Source: an uncultured Acidobacteriaceae bacterium
GTDB taxonomy: Bacteria; Acidobacteriota; Terriglobia; Terriglobales; Acidobacteriaceae
Reading direction: 5' to 3'
NCBI GenBank assembly: GCA_963791975.1
Contig: CAWBUJ010000006.1
Span: 42,815-106,814, forward strand
Length of the DNA: 64,000 nucleotides
Shown: piece after piece, positions 58,315-64,000 of the stretch
How positions within the stretch are numbered: position 1 is the stretch's first letter
Layout of the letters: every line of letters begins with the position of its first letter
The notes under the pieces: model-generated
What the model was told of the DNA's origin: nothing
Seen by the model: only the letters and a program-made list of their open reading frames with translations
The model's database searches: none
Made by a program: the position numbers and the translations under genes

Positions 58315-58502
58315 AGAGTTACAGCCCGCTCTCGATGAAACATTCGTCACGGTGTCATGCACCAACACGTCCAGAACCTCAGGTTGTCGCAAAAGCTCCA
58401 TATCACGAACGCGCCGCCGGAGCAAAACCGTCGTTTATGGTTCATACTACTGCGAGGCAGTTACCTGACCTCGGGTTATCTCGTAGTTCTGTGGAGTGGA
58501 TC

Positions 58503-59030
58503 GTGTCTCCGGAACTGGAACAGATCCGCCGTGAGGCGGAGCGTCTGAGCGGTGAAATGTCGAAGGAAGACTGGCAGCAGGCACAGCCCGGCAAGTGGAG
58601 CTGCGCCCAGGTCTTCGAACACCTGCTGCTCAGCTATACCGCGACCACCAAGGGAGCATTGCAAGCCATGAAGGCTGGGAAGCCTCTTGGTGGCAAGCCA
58701 ACGTTGCGTGACCGCGTCAGTACCTTTTATGTAGCTGGGCTGGGGTTTCTGCCTTCGGGACGTACGGCGCCAGAGCAGACTACTCCGAAGGACACAACGG
58801 GTGTGGATTCGCTGCGTCAATTCAACGATGCGCTGGTTGCAATGGACGCGACATTGGCCGATGCCGAGAAGCGTTTTGGAAGCGGAGTCAAGTTACTGGA
58901 CCACCCCGTCCTTGGTCCTCTTACTGCACGCGAGTGGCGGCGCTTTCATCGCACTCATGCCAGGCATCACCTGAAGCAGGTTGCCCAGCGAGTAAGGCAA
59001 AACGGCTCAGCCATTTCAGCGCGATCTTAG
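58503..59030 (+). CDS. DinB-like / DUF1569 family protein
   Basis: WSCAQVFEHLLLSY ... HARHHLKQ. GTG start after GGAG chosen; upstream ATGs at 58437 and 58335 are possible. Confidence 0.5.
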   Translation: MSPELEQIRREAERLSGEMSKEDWQQAQPGKWSCAQVFEHLLLSYTATTKGALQAMKAGKPLGGKPTLRDRVSTFYVAGLGFLPSGRTAPEQTTPKDTTGVDSLRQFNDALVAMDATLADAEKRFGSGVKLLDHPVLGPLTAREWRRFHRTHARHHLKQVAQRVRQNGSAISARS

Positions 59031-59944
59031 AACAAGCCCAGGTACCATCGCCAAATCGCTTCGCCGAAGAACACGACGGCCAGCGAACATGAGCTGATGA
59101 AGACGCCAAATGGAATCTCCCAGGATTGCAGCATCTGGCCCATCGAAGCTCTGGTACTGTCTGCGTTACTGTTGCTGCGCGCCATCAGCACGAACGCATA
59201 CATGGTCGTAAACAGCGGCGCCGCGAAAATCACCAACAGCGCCAGCTTCAACCCAAGGAAAGCGCCCGACATAGCGATGAGCGCGAAATCGCCCCCGCCC
59301 ATTCCTTGCCGCTTGCGCATGATGAAGTAAAGGCCTGACGCTACGAAGAAGAAGCCTGCGCCGAGGAGAGCGCCTGCCACGGAATCCAGGAGCGAGATTT
59401 GGACCGTCGAAAGTTGCAAACCGTAGGCATGAACGATGAACCGGGTTAGACGGCTGTCAGTCGGCGCGATCCAGGAAAAGGCAAGCCCCAACACGATGCC
59501 GGTGTATGTAAATTCCCGTGGCAAGAGGCCGGTTTCAGAATCCATGAACAGCAGTCCGACCAACAGGAAGCTGAATACGCAGAACTTGAGGTTCAGCAGG
59601 GTCGGACCAAACGACAGGTGACAAGCAGTGAACAGAATCGCGGTTAATAACTCGACTGCCGGATAGCGAAGCGAGATCGGGGCGCGACAAGCGCGGCAGC
59701 GTCCGCGGAGAAGGACCCAGCCCAGAAGAGGTACGTTATCGTGCCATCGGATTCGGGAGCCGCAAGACGGGCAATGCGAGCCGGGCGTCACAATAGACTG
59801 ATCGCGCGGAATGCGACTGATGCAAACGTTCAAAAAGCTTCCGAACACGAGTCCGAGAACGAACAGCGCGCATTCGCAGATCAAGTTCAAAGCGTCCTGA
59901 CAGGATCCTCTCCTAAGGCTGATGGAAGCGCAACAAGTCCCCAC
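59027..59944 (-). CDS. pilD: Prepilin peptidase (A24 family)
   Basis: FGSFLNVCISRIP, CPSCGSRIRW...CRACRAPIS and GGGDFALIAM motifs. The true start is probably internal. Confidence 0.85.
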   Translation of the reverse strand: MGTCCASISLRRGSCQDALNLICECALFVLGLVFGSFLNVCISRIPRDQSIVTPGSHCPSCGSRIRWHDNVPLLGWVLLRGRCRACRAPISLRYPAVELLTAILFTACHLSFGPTLLNLKFCVFSFLLVGLLFMDSETGLLPREFTYTGIVLGLAFSWIAPTDSRLTRFIVHAYGLQLSTVQISLLDSVAGALLGAGFFFVASGLYFIMRKRQGMGGGDFALIAMSGAFLGLKLALLVIFAAPLFTTMYAFVLMARSNSNADSTRASMGQMLQSWEIPFGVFISSCSLAVVFFGEAIWRWYLGLF

Positions 59945-60389
59945 TCAATATCGGATCGCCGTTCTGGTTGGCAGGCATTTCACCCACCCAGTTCATCAAC
60001 CTGCGATTGATCAGGCGGACCTCGGGCGGGCACTCTTGCCAGCCACTCTGCCGCTGTTCGCGGACATGAAAGCTATAACATGCTACGCCATCGGCAGGCC
60101 CCTCATTCTTCCATTCGAACAAGGACGCCTCCAAATCATCGGACAGCGTTTCGTTAGCGCGGAGGCAAAGCACCCAGTCGTGGGATGTGTCCATCGCATA
60201 GGCGCCGAAGGTGACACCGGGAATGGAACTCTTGAGGATGGCTCCATACTGTTGCGCCACTTTCGCGGTATCGTCTTCTGAGCAGTCGTCAATCACCAAC
60301 ACTTCGTCGCAAGGACGTAGCGAGTCCAAAGCGCGACCCAGGTGGAGAGCATCATTGTGAGTATGCAGCAGAGCGGAAATTTTTGGCAT
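59913..60389 (-). CDS. Short family-2 glycosyltransferase-like protein
   Basis: MPKISALLHTHNDALHLGRALDSL...VLVIDDCSEDDT. Confidence 0.6.
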   Translation of the reverse strand: MPKISALLHTHNDALHLGRALDSLRPCDEVLVIDDCSEDDTAKVAQQYGAILKSSIPGVTFGAYAMDTSHDWVLCLRANETLSDDLEASLFEWKNEGPADGVACYSFHVREQRQSGWQECPPEVRLINRRLMNWVGEMPANQNGDPILSGDLLRFHQP

Positions 60390-60485
60390 GTGCGACCGTA
60401 GTGAGAATATTGCAGCCGATGAAGACTGCCTGTAAGAGTAGACGCACAAAAGGCACAGCCGGGTTGTGACCGCTTCGCTGACTAG

Positions 60486-60731
60486 CTAAGAAAGAGGCGT
60501 CCGGCCGTCATAGCGGCCGTTGAGGGCCTGCGGAGTAGCGGTTACCGGATTGATGATCTGGAAGTTCAACACCGCCTCCGGCGCCAGCTGAATCTGTTGA
60601 CCCTTCTTGGAGGCCGCAACTCCAGTGCCGGCGCCTGCTCCGGCAGCCGCCTCAATGGCTGCACCCCTGCCGCCGCCGATGATGCCACCCAGCACCGCGC
60701 CGGCGACGGTCCCGGGGCGACACAAACGCAT
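60486..60731 (-). CDS. Small glycine-zipper-like protein
   Basis: GAVLGGIIGGGRGAAIEAAAGAGAGTGVAA. Start uncertain (60731 or 60761). Confidence 0.3.
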   Translation of the reverse strand: MRLCRPGTVAGAVLGGIIGGGRGAAIEAAAGAGAGTGVAASKKGQQIQLAPEAVLNFQIINPVTATPQALNGRYDGRTPLS

Positions 60732-60765
60732 CAAGCCCGGCTGCGGCCGGGCCTGATGCATTGCT

Positions 60766-61446
60766 TTATGAGCTCGGAGGCGCGTCGGTGAGGTGATTGT
60801 TGATGGCGAACAAGGCAAGCTCCAGTCGGCTGACAACGCCGACCTTGTCGAAAATGTTGGTGAGGTGATGCTTCACAGTGTCTTCGCTGAGGGTGAACTT
60901 GCGGGCAATTTCCTTATTACTGAGACCGGCAACGATAGTGGCCAGTATCTCCATTTCGCGTTTCGTCAAGCCATAGTTGCGGGGTGATTTCTCTCCCGAG
61001 GCATTGGTCCGCATGTAGTCGACGATGTCGCCGACGCCCTCGCGTCCGATCCAATATTGCCCGCCCATCACGGTGCGGATCGCCTTCATCAGCAACTGAG
61101 TGGCGGCTTCTTTCATCACCACCCCGCGCGCGCCCATCTGTAGAGCCTGCACGATCTGAATTCGCTCGACAGCCGCCGTCAACACGATGATCTTGGTCTT
61201 AAGTTCATCGTCCTTCGATGAGAGTTCTCGTAAGACATCCATGCCAGGCACCCGCGGCATGGCCAGATCAAGCAGCAGGATGTCCGGGCTTAGCTCCAGC
61301 GTTTGGGCAACGGCTTCGGCGCCGTCGGCAGCTTCGCCCACGACCTGCAACTCCGGTTCCGCCTCCAATAGACGGCGCAACCCGTCCCGAAAAATGGTGT
61401 GGTCATCGGCGATCACGATCCGTACCGATGGTTCCTTGTTATCCAT
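60766..61446 (-). CDS. NarL/FixJ-family response regulator
   Basis: VRIVIADDHTIFRDGL...LLLDLAMP receiver domain. LuxR HTH LTKREMEILATIVAGLSNKEIARKFTLSEDTVKHHL. Confidence 0.88.
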   Translation of the reverse strand: MDNKEPSVRIVIADDHTIFRDGLRRLLEAEPELQVVGEAADGAEAVAQTLELSPDILLLDLAMPRVPGMDVLRELSSKDDELKTKIIVLTAAVERIQIVQALQMGARGVVMKEAATQLLMKAIRTVMGGQYWIGREGVGDIVDYMRTNASGEKSPRNYGLTKREMEILATIVAGLSNKEIARKFTLSEDTVKHHLTNIFDKVGVVSRLELALFAINNHLTDAPPSS

Positions 61447-63214
61447 AAGATTCGTACCCTTTCTGCGGAACCGTAACCTCCAACCTGGCGCCGCGCCCTC
61501 GATTCGATTCAATAAGCAAATCTCCACCTACCGCACGTACTCGTTCTTTAATAACAGTCGGCCCCTGGCGGAGGTCATCCAGTTCAGTCAGACTGAACCG
61601 ACCGGTAAAGGGGAAGCCTCGCCCGTTGTCATCGATCACCAGTTTCCAGGAGCCGTTCTGCGCGCCAAAGCGTACCACGGCGGTGCGCGCACCGCTGTGT
61701 TTTCGAATGTTGACCAACCCTTCTTGCACTACCCTTGCCAGCTCACGGCAGGTTGAGGGCGGCATACTGACCTCCTCCAACTCCGAGACGAACCTGGCTT
61801 CGACACCGGTATCCCTGGAAAAACGTTCTACGAGTTGAGCGATAAAGTCAAGAAATTGATGAGGGCTTATATCCATTGGCCGCATGGTCTGCATCAGTTC
61901 CCGGAGGTTCAGAACCTCCTGGCGCAGCAAATCCTGAATGTGTCCCAACTGGGCCGCCAGCGGAGGGTCGGTCGTGGCGCGCCGCCGGAGTACATCAACC
62001 TGCATCTCGATACTAATCAGGGACTGGATGGCGGTATCGTGCAGTTCGCGCGCCACCCGTGCCCGCTCCATCGCCCCGGCCCGCGAGCGGAACCTGCGGA
62101 AAACATAGACTGAGTACAGCGCGGGCGCCACCTGCCGCAGGATGTTCTGTGCAAACCGAAGTTCGCGCTCGCAGCGACGGCCGACGCGGGCGTTCACCAC
62201 GACGAAACGGGCATTCCAGTCGCCGCCCATTTGGTTGCCGATGACGAGCAGCGATTCAGCATCCGGAATGGGCATCTCAACGTGCCCAAGCTCCTGCGGA
62301 TCCAGGCGGCGTCCTTCCTCGTCGAGAGCGGCGACATCGCATCCTCCTTTCCCCCGCTTGCGCTGCAGGTAAAAGGTGTGCGGATAGCGCTTCATCAGCG
62401 CAGAATCAGCTTGCGCGGAGGGAATCTCCTGTACCCGCGCGTGCGCAGGCTGCGAAAAGCCGACATCCCAACGGAACACTCGTCCGCTGCTGCTTTGAGC
62501 CACCACTTCATATACTTGGCGGCTGCCAAAGATGCGGCCCATTTCCGACATCACCTCCTGCAAGACGGAGGAGAATCGTCCGCCAACCCGTGCCAAGGAA
62601 AGGAGCCGGTTCGTAAGTGCGATCTCGGCGCGCAGCTCCTTCTCGGTTTCGGCCAGAAAGCCGAGCAGGAAGCCCGCCATCAACAGGAAGCCACAGCGCA
62701 TGATAATGCGGGTCGGCTCAACCGAGGTGAACAGAAGACGATGCAGCCAGGGTGGTCCGTAGGCCACGATCACCGCTTGCAACAGCAGCAACCCTGCGCC
62801 AATCTCTGCGGTAGCCATGGTTTCCACGAATCCCCATCGGAAAGCGGCCGCGATCATTGCGAAAAGAAAGAAAATGAAAAACACGCTGTTGGGCGGGTCT
62901 GTAAACAGGCACAGTAGCGCGGGCCAGATGATATCGCTTGCCTGTGCCCACAATACGAGTCCTCTTCCCGGAGCACGTCGATGGAGAACGACCAGCAGGA
63001 GCAAGCTGTGAACGGTGTAGGCAGCGAGCAGGATCAATCCTAGACGGTAATAGGCGGCGCCACTGCCAGGCCCGATCCCCCACGCAACCAGCGACGTAGC
63101 CGCAAGAAATACGCGAGAATAGGCTAGAACATTCTCAACATGCGGATCCTCGTACTCTAGTCCAGTGGCACGGAGTCGAGAGAGGAACCTGGTGGCCAGC
63201 CGGAGCGCTCGCAA
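61439..63214 (-). CDS. Membrane sensor histidine kinase (GAF-like middle region, HisKA_3, HATPase)
   Basis: N-terminal TM block. H-box ERARVARELHDTAIQSL. DDNGRGF G-box. Overlaps the regulator start by 8 nt. Confidence 0.8.
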   Translation of the reverse strand: MRALRLATRFLSRLRATGLEYEDPHVENVLAYSRVFLAATSLVAWGIGPGSGAAYYRLGLILLAAYTVHSLLLLVVLHRRAPGRGLVLWAQASDIIWPALLCLFTDPPNSVFFIFFLFAMIAAAFRWGFVETMATAEIGAGLLLLQAVIVAYGPPWLHRLLFTSVEPTRIIMRCGFLLMAGFLLGFLAETEKELRAEIALTNRLLSLARVGGRFSSVLQEVMSEMGRIFGSRQVYEVVAQSSSGRVFRWDVGFSQPAHARVQEIPSAQADSALMKRYPHTFYLQRKRGKGGCDVAALDEEGRRLDPQELGHVEMPIPDAESLLVIGNQMGGDWNARFVVVNARVGRRCERELRFAQNILRQVAPALYSVYVFRRFRSRAGAMERARVARELHDTAIQSLISIEMQVDVLRRRATTDPPLAAQLGHIQDLLRQEVLNLRELMQTMRPMDISPHQFLDFIAQLVERFSRDTGVEARFVSELEEVSMPPSTCRELARVVQEGLVNIRKHSGARTAVVRFGAQNGSWKLVIDDNGRGFPFTGRFSLTELDDLRQGPTVIKERVRAVGGDLLIESNRGRGARLEVTVPQKGYESYG

Positions 63215-64000
63215 AAGGTGTTCCTTGTCCCCTAGCTTAGGGAGTGGCCTGATTATGACACGAAAGCGCTATTTGGCAATCGGTATCGGGAGTGGATCGC
63301 GTTCAGTTCCGGCGCCAAGCGCGAGTGGCGCTGTCAGTTAATTGCTGGAACCTAAGAAGACTGACTCATATATCTTCGCTCGCGCTCCCCAGCCTCCCCT
63401 CATGTGAAATCAATAACTTAGAGATAAATTGTCCGTAAACAACTGATTTACAATGATTTACACGTACATGATTGATAAATAATCCTTTATGGCCGACTCG
63501 CCGCGCCCGGCCACTTAGGCAGAAAGATGCATCCGCAGCCCGTAGGTCCACCGCCTACCTAAGCTTTGCTATTCAACTTTCGAAGGTCAAAAGCTCACGG
63601 CGCTGTTGGATCGCCCTGAGACGCGCAAAGGCACTGGACCCTGACCCAACGTAGCGTCGCTTGCGGCCTACGTCAAGTTACGAGAGTACATGTACCACCT
63701 TGGGGAGTTAGACAAGACCGGTCGAGCGCAAAAGAAACTTCGACAGAAGCCGGACGTGAGCATAAAACCCTTCCAATCCCAGGTCGCCCTCTGGACGCCA
63801 GGCAAAACGATGTTTGTGATGCAACTCACTGCACCGCCGAGCCGCCCGGAGGTATGTTTAAAGCTTGCGGCGCCTGGATTTAAGGCGCACTATGGCCTCG
63901 CAGAATGGCCGCAATGGTTTTTCGAGATGCGGCGGGGCGTGAGAAAACCAGACCGTCCTGACTCGCGCCTTCCATAGAAAGAGCCGTAAATTTTCTACGG

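Noticed and set aside
63215-64000. 95-aa ORF (63690-63977) and the repeated ATGATTTACA motif near 63445-63470 at the window end.
   Set aside because: The ORF has no SD or motif and mixed codon bias. The repeat has only two copies. There is too little context at the window edge to call anything.

Overview
High-GC (by eye about 60%+) bacterial chromosomal segment. Gene content and REP-like hairpins suggest Acidobacteriota, but that taxon call is a low-confidence inference. Most of the window is housekeeping: purH, fabG, purB, tyrS, gatB, lexA, trxA, lutABC-like, a 2-oxoacid:ferredoxin oxidoreductase operon, map, coaE, htrA, pckA and pilD. It also holds two HisKA_3/NarL two-component pairs and two ABC-2 exporter modules. 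I found no rRNA, tRNA, CRISPR array, transposase or integrase. Second-look candidates: (1) at 5.8-8.6 kb, an operon of a coiled-coil protein, a membrane-spanning OmpA-domain protein with a Roadblock/MglB-like cytoplasmic region, and a translationally coupled Ras-like small GTPase; (2) at 42.7-45.3 kb, a 739-aa protein joining a class-III-phosphodiesterase-like metallophosphoesterase, an unknown middle region and a GAF-like C-terminus, plus a 64-aa ORF, flanked by A/T-richer spacers; (3) at 32.5-34.1 kb, a type II R-M pair between lexA and trxA; (4) a family of 7-nt and 11-nt tandem repeats and a helically phased AGTAAC array in intergenic spacers; (5) two unexplained non-coding regions of 0.6 kb and 1 kb; (6) frame disruptions in tyrS, map and a small secreted repeat protein, and a small membrane ORF with an in-frame TGA. 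These four may be real or may be assembly indels. Many long ORFs in the track are antisense artefacts of high GC and were not called.
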